Assembly: GCA_020347645.1 (NCBI GenBank)
Contig: CP070736.1
Coordinates: 105,788 to 169,787, forward strand
Direction: 5' to 3'
Length of the DNA: 64,000 bases
Origin: Methanobacteriota archaeon
Lineage (GTDB): Archaea > Thermoplasmatota > Thermoplasmata > UBA10834
Both the position numbers and the translations under genes were made by a program. Positions 48,185 to 56,309 of this stretch are shown here, piece after piece. The first letter of the stretch is position 1. Each line of letters opens with the position of its first letter. Below the pieces are notes generated by a model, which did not search any database, had not been told where the DNA came from, and was given only the letters and a program-made list of their open reading frames with translations.

Positions 48185-48731
48185 TGACGACTCCGGGCAG
48201 ATAACCCTCATGGATGCCATGGTGTTCTTTGCCATAATGCTGATAATATGCTCGATCCAACTGAGCGCGCTGAGTAGAGACATGTGGTCGGACGATCAGC
48301 TTATCGAGCCCACTGGAAGAGGCGACCCCAGCAGCGTTCTTTCGGTGCTTATGAGAGCGTCAATCGGCGTGGGATCTTCAATCCGGATTGATGGTGGATT
48401 ATCAGTGCCCCCAGACACCCTGGTATCTGAGTGTCTTGCGGTTGAGGCTGCTTCTCTCGTGGGCGGCATAGCCGAGACGGCTTTCTGCGTCCTCAACGGA
48501 GTCATAATCAGCATCATGACTAACTTGACACATCCTCTGACGAAGCCTCATCTCATACTCAACCGCCACACTGAAGACGGTATGTTCGTTCTTCTCAGGC
48601 TTGAAAACGACCTCCTCGAATCGGTCGATGTGACTGCCGCAGACTGTGACCTCCCGAGCTGTGCAGAGGACAGAATAACGGTTTCTCTATTGCTAGAGCC
48701 AGCCCTTCTTCCTGAAAGTCGGGATGTCTGA
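48171..48731 (+). CDS. Pilin-like protein 2 (putative class III signal peptide)
   Basis: From the internal Met 'MGTDSDDSG|QITLMDAMVFFAIMLIICSIQL'. Overlaps the previous gene by 14 nt. The upstream part of the 48066 ORF is probably not translated. Confidence 0.4.
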   Translation: MGTDSDDSGQITLMDAMVFFAIMLIICSIQLSALSRDMWSDDQLIEPTGRGDPSSVLSVLMRASIGVGSSIRIDGGLSVPPDTLVSECLAVEAASLVGGIAETAFCVLNGVIISIMTNLTHPLTKPHLILNRHTEDGMFVLLRLENDLLESVDVTAADCDLPSCAEDRITVSLLLEPALLPESRDV

Positions 48732-49046
48732 TTTGGTCGCCTTTATGCGTGAACGTGCAATCCTCTCTCCCCGTGAGATTTCTATTGCCTGCACTGCGAA
48801 GCAGGCCACGAGACAGGCAATTCCCCCGTAGAGGAAGATGTTGTCATGCGTTCGAGTATAGATGAATATGGTAACGAACACGGCGAGCACGAGGAAGTAC
48901 ACCGTGTAGGACAGATTCGTTCGAGGCACAATGATTTCCCTGCCATCGTAGCGGCAGCGTGCGCACCGCGGGCGCATGCTGTACCAGGGCTTTACACGCA
49001 GCTCCTTGCACTTGTGGCAGTAGACGAACTTCACGGTTGCGGTCAT
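48693..49046 (-). CDS. Zn-ribbon plus 2-TM small membrane protein, hypothetical
   Basis: 'CHKCKEL...CARCRYDG' followed by 'YTVYFLVLAVFVTIFIY' and 'LYGGIACLVACFAVQAI'. Confidence 0.4.
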   Translation of the reverse strand: MTATVKFVYCHKCKELRVKPWYSMRPRCARCRYDGREIIVPRTNLSYTVYFLVLAVFVTIFIYTRTHDNIFLYGGIACLVACFAVQAIEISRGERIARSRIKATKSDIPTFRKKGWL

Positions 49047-49130
49047 TGGCACATTTGGTATATATTGTCGGCGGCCCGGCCACAATAAAGGTTCTATCAT
49101 ATGTAGCCCATCTATTTTACGCGACGGATA

Positions 49131-49369
49131 TGTGTCCCGAAGACGAATACACTCAGGAGGAGCGGAAGGTGCTGGCTTCTCTCAGGAGGTCTTCAGGGCG
49201 CACCTGCATTCATTGCGAGTGGTTCAGCCAGAGGGGGAACAATCGTGGATGCTTCCCAGACGGCAAGTACCGCAAGTTCCTTTCTGCCTCCGAGTACGCG
49301 GCTGGCTGCGATTCTTTCAGGGCTACAAATCGGAGGTTGGCTGACGCGTCCTGCAGACAGAGGTCTTGA
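49131..49369 (+). CDS. Small Cys-containing ORF (79 aa), speculative
   Basis: 'MCPEDEYTQEERKVLASL...CIHCEW...GCFPDGKYRKF...GCDSF' in an otherwise non-coding 380-nt region 3' of tRNA-Leu. Confidence 0.2.
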
Positions 49370-49482
49370 GACGTTGGATAGCCTTCCTTCGGCCTAGGAG
49401 GATAGTATTCGTGTGCCATCTCGATCGACCTTTGACTGCCAATCTTAAAAGCAATATGACTTGTTCGCCATTCGCGCCAGTG

Positions 49483-49570
49483 TGGTGCAGGGGCGCGGAT
49501 TCGAACCGCGGAACCACTTCTGGACAAGGTCCTAAGCCTTGCGCCGTTGACCTGGCTTGGCTACCCCTGC
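49483..49570 (-). tRNA. tRNA-Leu (anticodon UAG), class II; CCA encoded
   Basis: Reverse complement reads GCAGGGG-TA-GCC..GGC-G-CAAGG-CTTAGGA-CCTTG-(14-nt variable arm)-CGCGG-TTCGAAT-CCGCG-CCCCTGC-A-CCA. Confidence 0.85.
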
Positions 49571-49655
49571 ACGCTGTGTTCCCATCGATTGTGTGTGATG
49601 AATACATCGATATATGAATGAATCGAACGCGTGATTTCGTGAACTCTGATGGACC

Positions 49656-50066
49656 TCAGGCCACTCTGGAAACGACGAACTCAGTCACATTTCGAATCGC
49701 TATCGGCTTCCTTGCGGGAAAAGCCGCTACCTTGATTCTGATCGCAATAGCGTCGTCGTCGCGTGCGAGCGTGACCTCCTCTTCGAACGCCTTCTGCTTG
49801 TCCAATCTGATGAAGAGTCTGCAGGACTCATCGATCCTGGAGTCGATCGTGTCGAGTATCTCCTGCTTATCCGATGAATTCAGACGCTCGAAAAGCAGTT
49901 TGGCATGGCGGCTGCCCTTCGAGCGCGCCTCAATTACGAATATTTCGTTCCCGTGATGGCCCTGTGTACGGGATACATCGAGCTGGACCTCGCCCACCGC
50001 GTTCAACACCGCCTGCTCGACTCGCTCCCTCATTTCCGTTGCATGGCAGAGGGCACGTACACGCAT
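49656..50066 (-). CDS. UPF0201-like predicted RNA-binding protein
   Basis: 'MRVRALCHATEMRERVEQAVLNAVG' resembles the N-terminus of archaeal UPF0201 (~140 aa) proteins. Weak. Confidence 0.35.
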   Translation of the reverse strand: MRVRALCHATEMRERVEQAVLNAVGEVQLDVSRTQGHHGNEIFVIEARSKGSRHAKLLFERLNSSDKQEILDTIDSRIDESCRLFIRLDKQKAFEEEVTLARDDDAIAIRIKVAAFPARKPIAIRNVTEFVVSRVA

Positions 50067-50232
50067 CGATGCAAACGGCTCTCTTTCAGCTCCGTCCACG
50101 AATCAGCATGCACCGACCATGTATGTAAAGAGAGTGCTGCCGCTGGCGCATGAACAACCGACTGCCAGGTTGACAAGCCTCCCGTAGTTCGGTGAATGCT
50201 TAATATGTCAAAGGTGCTAACATGAAGAGAGG

Positions 50233-50799
50233 GTGCATTCATTGATAGAAGTCAGGTTCCACGGCAGAGGCGGCCAGGGAGTGGTGGTCGCTTCCGAGGT
50301 CCTGGCGAATGCGGCTTTTAGGGAAGGCTTCGAGGTCGCGGCCTTCCCATACTTCGGTGTCGAACGCAGGGGCGCGCCCGTGACTGCGTATGCGAGGTTC
50401 GACAGAAAGCCTATAAGACTGAGGTCGAGCATCTATGAGCCGGATTATGTAGTAGTCCTTGACAGTTCGCTGATGAGGGGCATCGATCTCATGGGAGGAT
50501 TGAAGAAGGGTGGGATAGTTCTGATCAACTACCCGGACGGAAAGGCCCTCCCCAGGCTTGCGTCCGATTTCAGGTACTTCACGCTGGACGCAACATCAAT
50601 AGCAGCAGAACACAGGATAGGATCCAAAGTGTCGCCGATCGTGAACACAGCGATAATGGGGGGCTTCGCTCGCGCATGTGAAGATATCTCCCTCGAATCG
50701 ATGCTTGCGAGCATACGCGACAGAGCTCCGACCAAGAAGGACGCGAACGTCGCAGCCGCCCAGGTCGCCTATGACCGGACGCGGGAGGTGTTTGTCTGA
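50233..50799 (+). CDS. porG: Pyruvate:ferredoxin oxidoreductase gamma subunit
   Basis: 'FHGRGGQGVVVASEVLANAA'; first gene of a gamma-delta-alpha-beta cluster (classic por order). Confidence 0.8.
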   Translation: MHSLIEVRFHGRGGQGVVVASEVLANAAFREGFEVAAFPYFGVERRGAPVTAYARFDRKPIRLRSSIYEPDYVVVLDSSLMRGIDLMGGLKKGGIVLINYPDGKALPRLASDFRYFTLDATSIAAEHRIGSKVSPIVNTAIMGGFARACEDISLESMLASIRDRAPTKKDANVAAAQVAYDRTREVFV

Positions 50800-50822
50800 G
50801 CTCGTCATACGAGGATCTGCCG

Positions 50823-51068
50823 TTGACACCGATCTCAGACACACCGAGCACCATGAACAAGACAGGTCTCTGGAGGGTTATCTTTCCCAAGGTTGATGAG
50901 GAGAAATGCAGGAGATGCGCGATCTGCTGGAAGTTCTGTCCAGACGCAGCCATTCAACTGGTGGATGGAGTGCCCCATATAATCCTGGATTTCTGCAAGG
51001 GCTGCGGCATATGCGCTAACGAGTGCCCGGCGAAATGCATAGCAATGGTAGAGGAGGGCGAGAGATGA
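50823..51068 (+). CDS. porD: Pyruvate:ferredoxin oxidoreductase delta subunit (2x[4Fe-4S])
   Basis: 'CRRCAICWKFCP' and 'CKGCGICANECP'. Confidence 0.8.
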   Translation: MTPISDTPSTMNKTGLWRVIFPKVDEEKCRRCAICWKFCPDAAIQLVDGVPHIILDFCKGCGICANECPAKCIAMVEEGER

Positions 51069-52252
51069 GGACGGTGATGACTGGCAACTACGCGTCAGCC
51101 TATGGTGCCAAGGCTGCCCGTGCGGAGGTCATCGCGGCATATCCAATCACGCCTCAGACTTCGATAGTGGAGAAACTCGCTGAGTTCGTTTCTAGTGGCG
51201 AATTGAATGCCAAGTTCATCCCTGTTGAGAGCGAGCACAGCGCAATGGCGGCATGCATCTCAGCTTCCGTGACAGGAGCGAGGACCTACACTGCTACGAG
51301 CTCTCATGGACTCACACTCATGCACGAGGTTCTGATGTGGGCGTCGGGCGCGAGATCGCCTATAGTGATGACGAATGTCAGCCGGGCAATGGCTCCGCCG
51401 TGGAGCGTATGGGCGGACCACATGGATTCCGTCGCTCAGAGAGATACTGGCTGGATGCAGTTCTTCTGTGAAAGCAACCAGGAGGTTTTGGACACCGTCC
51501 TTATGGCGTACAAGGTCGCCGAAAGCAGAGACGTTATGCTGCCTGCGATGATCATAGAGGATGCGTTCATACTGTCACACACCTCCGAGCCAGTGGATGT
51601 TCCTGAACAGTCGCAGGTTGATACGTTTCTGCCGAGGTATGATCCCGAGATGAGGCTTGAAATCGGCCGGCCTATGGGCTTCGGATCGCTCGTAAAACCC
51701 GACCTGTACATGGAGTTTCGCTACAAGGCCATGAAGGCCATGGAGTCTTCGCGCGAGAGGATTTTGAAAGTTGAGGAGGAGTTCAGAAAGACCTTCGGCC
51801 GCAGCTACGGCGGCCTTCTGGACGAATACAGATGCGAGGATGCGGAGGTTGTCGTGGTTGTCGCAGGGTCCGCTGCTGGCACTGCCAGGGAGGCCGTGGA
51901 CGCGATGAACGAAAGGGGAGTACCGGTGGGTCTGGCGAGGTTGAGGACATTCCGCCCATTTCCAGAAGACGAGCTCAGGAATCTTGCGAAGAAGGTTCGC
52001 GGCATAGCGGTGATTGACAGGAGCTACACTTTCGGCGCGGCGGGCGCGTTCTATACTGAGTTATGCGGCTCCCTTTTTCCGCTAAGAGAACGACCAGTAG
52101 TCAAGAATTACATCGCTGGGCTAGGTGGCAGGGACATCACCCCCAAGATAATCGAGAAGATAATCGAAGACATAATCGACGTCTCAGAACGAGGTGAGGA
52201 CGTGGAACCAGAATGGGTTGAAGTCAAAGGCCTCGACAGGAGCTGGCAGTGA
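51065..52252 (+). CDS. porA: Pyruvate:ferredoxin oxidoreductase alpha subunit
   Basis: 'MTGNYASAYGAKAARAEVIAAYPITPQT'. ATG at 51065 overlaps the porD stop (ATGA). Confidence 0.85.
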   Translation: MRTVMTGNYASAYGAKAARAEVIAAYPITPQTSIVEKLAEFVSSGELNAKFIPVESEHSAMAACISASVTGARTYTATSSHGLTLMHEVLMWASGARSPIVMTNVSRAMAPPWSVWADHMDSVAQRDTGWMQFFCESNQEVLDTVLMAYKVAESRDVMLPAMIIEDAFILSHTSEPVDVPEQSQVDTFLPRYDPEMRLEIGRPMGFGSLVKPDLYMEFRYKAMKAMESSRERILKVEEEFRKTFGRSYGGLLDEYRCEDAEVVVVVAGSAAGTAREAVDAMNERGVPVGLARLRTFRPFPEDELRNLAKKVRGIAVIDRSYTFGAAGAFYTELCGSLFPLRERPVVKNYIAGLGGRDITPKIIEKIIEDIIDVSERGEDVEPEWVEVKGLDRSWQ

Positions 52253-53169
52253 TGTCCAAGACTACGATACCTGAGGAAGAGTACGCTTATCCTGGGAGCA
52301 CTGGCTGCCCTGGATGCGGCGCCAACCTCGTAATGAGATACCTGCTCAAAGGCCTCGGCGAACGCACCGTCATATCGATACCTGCATGCTGCTGGGCGGT
52401 CATGCCCGGATACTGGCCTAGTCACTGCCTCAAGGTGCCGTTGGTGTACTGCGCTTTCGAGGCCACGGGGGCTTCAATATCCGGCATACGGGCTGCGTTG
52501 GACATGAGGGGCGAAAGGGACGTGACCGTCGTGGGATTCGCAGGGGACGGCGGAACGGTGGACATCGGCCTCCAGGCGCTGTCCGGTGCGGCGGAGAGAC
52601 AGACCGATGCAGTCTATGTCATGTATGATAACGAAGCGTACATGAACACGGGCATCCAACGCAGCGGCGCCACGCCCTGGGGCGCATGGACTACCACCAC
52701 GCCAGTGGACGAAAGCAGAGGGTTCAAGCAAGAGCCCAAGAAGAACGTGATGGCCATAATGGAAGCGCATGGAATACCCTACGCGGCAACGGTGTCTGTT
52801 GGGCACCCCGAGGATTTCGTCAAGAAGGTCCGCAAGGCGAGGGATGTGCGCGGGCTGAGGTTCATACATGCATTATCTCCTTGCCCTCCAGGATGGCGCA
52901 TGAACCCGATGAAAACCATCGAAGTGGCAAGACTTGCAGTGGACACGAGGATCTTTCCTCTCTACGAGATCGATGAGGGTGTCCTGGCAATCACCCGTCG
53001 CGGGAAGGGGAAGCCCGTCTCAGAGTACTTGTCACTGCAGGGCAGGTTCGGTCACCTGACGCCGGAGAATACGGCGGAAATCCAGAAAGTGATCGACGCC
53101 AGGTTCGAAGCCCTCGAGGCGAGAGCTGCCCGGAAAAATCTGAGCCCGTCATTTACACAACTCGCATGA
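52249..53169 (+). CDS. porB: Pyruvate:ferredoxin oxidoreductase beta subunit (TPP-binding)
   Basis: 'CPGCG', 'GFAGDGG' TPP motif; 306 aa. Confidence 0.85.
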   Translation: MMSKTTIPEEEYAYPGSTGCPGCGANLVMRYLLKGLGERTVISIPACCWAVMPGYWPSHCLKVPLVYCAFEATGASISGIRAALDMRGERDVTVVGFAGDGGTVDIGLQALSGAAERQTDAVYVMYDNEAYMNTGIQRSGATPWGAWTTTTPVDESRGFKQEPKKNVMAIMEAHGIPYAATVSVGHPEDFVKKVRKARDVRGLRFIHALSPCPPGWRMNPMKTIEVARLAVDTRIFPLYEIDEGVLAITRRGKGKPVSEYLSLQGRFGHLTPENTAEIQKVIDARFEALEARAARKNLSPSFTQLA

Positions 53170-54307
53170 GCCTCTTCCTCCCCCGGCCAGTAAGGACTTT
53201 CATTGGCATCCTGAGATTCTCATCAACGTCCTCATCGCCCGTGTCCACATGAAGGACAGGAGTTCCCCGCAGCTTGGTCGGAGTCGCGACAACGACTATT
53301 CCTCTAGCGCCGACGCGTCTTATGACTTCAGGAGACAACTGCTGGTTGCCTCGGCCAAAGATGAATCCCTGGGAACCTATGGGCGTGACCACGATTCTCC
53401 GACGATCATGCTTCCTCAGCAGATCCAGAATGTCGCTTTCGGTCATGTCGCGGTCAACCAGCCTTCGGTCGATGTAGGCATCGACTCCTAGCGAAGTCTT
53501 CTCCTGACCGATTGCCGAGGCGATGGCTTCCGTAGTGCTGCCTGGGCCAACGAGATAGAGTATGCCAGGCTCCATAGTCTCAGCTATGAAGGCCCCTAGT
53601 TCTTCTGCTTCGGCCGACGCAGTCTTGTCGTAGAACGCCGACTTGCTCGACTGAAGGTGCATCGTGTCATCCACCACTCGCGCAATCGAGAACAGGCGAG
53701 GCCGCGCTCTCCCTGCACGGAACTCGTCTTCGTCGACGTCCAGCACCTCAGCGTCCCTAGTCTGCCCCGTCTTGGCGTAGGACTCAACAAGATGCGCAGC
53801 ATCCTCGGGGCTTAGGGCGAAAACGGAGGAATGCATCTTCACTCCGCCCGGAATGCCCACAAGGGTTACGCTGGTTCCGACCTCCTCAACGATGTCTCTT
53901 GCAGTTCCGTCGCCTCCGCAGAAGAGCAATAGGTCGACGCCTCTATCGGCGAATGCTTTCGCCGCCTGCTTCGTATCGAGAGCAGTTGTGACCTCGCCAG
54001 GAATATGAATGACTTCGAAGTCCAGTCCTTCGGCGCGGAGCAGGTCCCCGCCCATGTCTCCAAAACACGTCAAGAATCCCAGATCCAGGTCCTTGGCTCG
54101 CAGCGCATGAATCGTGATCGAAGCTCTGTCGGGCGCAGACTTTGACGCCCCGCGCCTGACAGCCTCCTCCTGGGTATCGGCGCCGTCTGTGCCCTTCAGA
54201 CCGACGCTGCCGCCCATACCCGCTATGGGATTAACGAGAAAGCCGATGATGACCGTCACAGAGACGAGAGAGTCATTGACTGATAAAAACGGTTCGCGGG
54301 TCGGCAT
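53153..54307 (-). CDS. ATP-NAD kinase-like protein (COG3199-type, two Rossmann-like halves)
   Basis: 'IGFLVNPIAGMGG' and 'LLLFCGGDGTARDIVE' (GGDG NADK/DAGK signature). Confidence 0.65.
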   Translation of the reverse strand: MPTREPFLSVNDSLVSVTVIIGFLVNPIAGMGGSVGLKGTDGADTQEEAVRRGASKSAPDRASITIHALRAKDLDLGFLTCFGDMGGDLLRAEGLDFEVIHIPGEVTTALDTKQAAKAFADRGVDLLLFCGGDGTARDIVEEVGTSVTLVGIPGGVKMHSSVFALSPEDAAHLVESYAKTGQTRDAEVLDVDEDEFRAGRARPRLFSIARVVDDTMHLQSSKSAFYDKTASAEAEELGAFIAETMEPGILYLVGPGSTTEAIASAIGQEKTSLGVDAYIDRRLVDRDMTESDILDLLRKHDRRRIVVTPIGSQGFIFGRGNQQLSPEVIRRVGARGIVVVATPTKLRGTPVLHVDTGDEDVDENLRMPMKVLTGRGRKRLMRVV

Positions 54308-54459
54308 CGAAGATGCCTCTGAAGCGAAATTTCTGAAGGAAAGCCAGTATGACGGTGAGCACCATGGAGCGCCTGCGCCCTGCAGGCAGAGGATCTGGGC
54401 GAGAGCAGGAGCGCCTCGTAACGGGCTAGAGGGCTACTGGCTATGCGCAGAGGCGGAGT

Positions 54460-55251
54460 TCATCCGAACATATGCGGCTCGTAGCTCTCGAACGCTGGCG
54501 TGAGGTCTGCATGAATGAGTCTCTCGTCCGCAGGTTCGTTGGGAGGGACTACTATCGGCTCCTCGATGGCATCCGCGTAGCCAGAGATGTCGTGCATGAG
54601 AGTGTTGACATAGGAACTTGTCTGGCTGGTGATGGTCTGGACGATTTTGACTACGCTCTTCTCCATGATGTTCATCGCTTCGGACATGGGGAGGCCTCTC
54701 GCCCCTTCCATCGCGGCGAGTTTGTTGTTGTCGAGGACAACTGTGAAGTCCGCCGCATTCCTTAGTCGCTCGACGCCGTCCGTCGCAATCCTGGTTTTCT
54801 GTCCTCCTTCGACCGCGAAAGGCATTATCGGGATGGCAAACGTAAGCGCGTTGAGCTCCTTCGCCACGGTCGCGACGACTGGGGAGACTCCCGTGCCCGT
54901 GCCTCCGCCCATGCCAGCCACAACAAATATAATGTCGTAGCTCCTGAGCGCTTCACGCAGCACCTGACGCGCCTTCTCCGCACAATGCTCTCCTATCTCA
55001 GGAAATCCGCCTGCATCCTGGCCGAAAGTCACGTCTTTCCCTATCAGAATCCTCTTATGGGCGTCAATCCTCCGCAGGTGTTCCTCGTCGGTGTTCACGG
55101 CAATAGTCTCTATTCTGGTCAAGCCCCAGTAGATTCCGTGTACGATGTTCGACCCGGCACCTCCGCATCCCACGACTGCGATCGACGGCTCTCCCAAAGA
55201 GACACCTATTGCGTTGATTAGATCTCCAACCTTGCTCCCATCCTCTGTCAT
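54460..55251 (-). CDS. FtsZ/tubulin-superfamily GTPase paralog lacking the C-terminal domain
   Basis: 'IAVVGCGGAGSNIV' (T1), 'IAVNTDEEHL' (T2/T3), 'GQDAGGFPEIG' (T4), 'GMGGGTGTG' tubulin signature, 'VVLDNNKL' (H6-H7). Only ~40 residues follow the T7-equivalent 'SYVNTLMHDISG', with no FtsZ C-domain homology. Confidence 0.7.
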   Translation of the reverse strand: MTEDGSKVGDLINAIGVSLGEPSIAVVGCGGAGSNIVHGIYWGLTRIETIAVNTDEEHLRRIDAHKRILIGKDVTFGQDAGGFPEIGEHCAEKARQVLREALRSYDIIFVVAGMGGGTGTGVSPVVATVAKELNALTFAIPIMPFAVEGGQKTRIATDGVERLRNAADFTVVLDNNKLAAMEGARGLPMSEAMNIMEKSVVKIVQTITSQTSSYVNTLMHDISGYADAIEEPIVVPPNEPADERLIHADLTPAFESYEPHMFG

Positions 55252-55349
55252 CTTTATCTGGCCTCCGTTTGTTCATCGTCCGAACGCGAGGGGGCGTCCC
55301 TGGCAAGAGACTCCATTCCGGACAATGCGCCCTCAAAGCGGTGCCGTCT

Positions 55350-55733
55350 TCATGTCTTCGGAACTACCTTCATCGCGCTTCTCTGTTGGACGGCATCCTT
55401 CTTCACCGCCTCCACGTGCTCCTCGTGGAGGAACTGATGTCTGGCACAGTCTGCCAGTGCCTCGGATATCGAGGTGTAGACCCCCTCGTCCACCAGATGG
55501 TTGATTGTGTCCAGCACGAGCGGCGGCAGCAGTACCACCGTCTCGTTTGGCCTTCTGGAAGTTCCGTCTTCAGCGCTCGTCACCCTTTCATCTATGTATG
55601 CAGATACTGCGGCGCGAGCAAGCTGTGATCTGTTTGAGAACTCGCGGCTGCCGGCAACGAACTCGTCCATCAGCTTCAGTATATCGGAATCGAGCCGCAG
55701 CGTTATCCTCTCGTTCTCCAACACATCAGACAT
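55350..55733 (-). CDS. Ribbon-helix-helix (CopG-like) DNA-binding protein, possibly tandem RHH
   Basis: 'ERITLRLDSDILKLMDEFVAGSREFSNRSQLARAAVSAYI' fits beta-alpha-alpha. A second RHH-like unit 'TVVLLPPLVLDTINHLVDEGVYTSISEALADCARHQF' follows. Confidence 0.55.
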   Translation of the reverse strand: MSDVLENERITLRLDSDILKLMDEFVAGSREFSNRSQLARAAVSAYIDERVTSAEDGTSRRPNETVVLLPPLVLDTINHLVDEGVYTSISEALADCARHQFLHEEHVEAVKKDAVQQRSAMKVVPKT

Positions 55734-55763
55734 GTGTGCATCCCATCCCGGCTTATCGACGCA

Positions 55764-55826
55764 CTCCAAGATATGTCATACATTCGTATATATAGGTATG
55801 CAAAATGTCACATTTTGTCTGAAAAG
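55764..55826. promoter_or_regulatory. Promoter/operator region of the RHH gene: TATA-like 'TATATATAGG' (55778-55787) flanked by three (A/G)TGTCA(T/C)A-like direct repeats
   Basis: 'ATGTCATAC' 55764, 'AATGTCACAT' 55795, 'AGGTCATAT' 55816. Confidence 0.35.
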
Positions 55827-55962
55827 GTCATATTGTCGTTTGAGACCGCTCGCGCAACGCACTGGCTCTTGGCAGGAACGACTGTATCAGCGGCATCATA
55901 AGGATTAAATGGGGGGTCTATCATGAGCCTCAAACGGCCAAGGAACAGGGTGAATTCATCTT

Positions 55963-56268
55963 ATGAACATAGACTCATTAAACGAACAGAGGCCTTCAGG
56001 CTCAAGGTGGGTCGTTGCAGTCTCCGTCATAGTCGGCATATCTCTCTTTGTCGCGGGTTTCGCTTTGACCTTGTCCGCCCTCCGCGGCGAAGCAGTTGCT
56101 GGAATTGACGGGACGAATGGAGTTGATGTGAACTCCAACAATATCAAGGATCTTTCGGGCGAAGGCTTCCCTCTTGTAATCGGTCTAACCCTCAGTATGA
56201 TCGGCGTTGTCGTGGCGACGGTTGTACCAGCCTCTGCATTCATCAAACGCGTCGACCACGACGCCTGA
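55963..56268 (+). CDS. Small 2-TM membrane protein, hypothetical
   Basis: 101 aa with two hydrophobic helices 'WVVAVSVIVGISLFVAGFALTL' and 'PLVIGLTLSMIGVVVATVVPA'. Confidence 0.3.
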   Translation: MNIDSLNEQRPSGSRWVVAVSVIVGISLFVAGFALTLSALRGEAVAGIDGTNGVDVNSNNIKDLSGEGFPLVIGLTLSMIGVVVATVVPASAFIKRVDHDA

Positions 56269-56309
56269 AGACCTTCTCGTTTTGCGACTACTCAACATAT
56301 TTATGCGGA

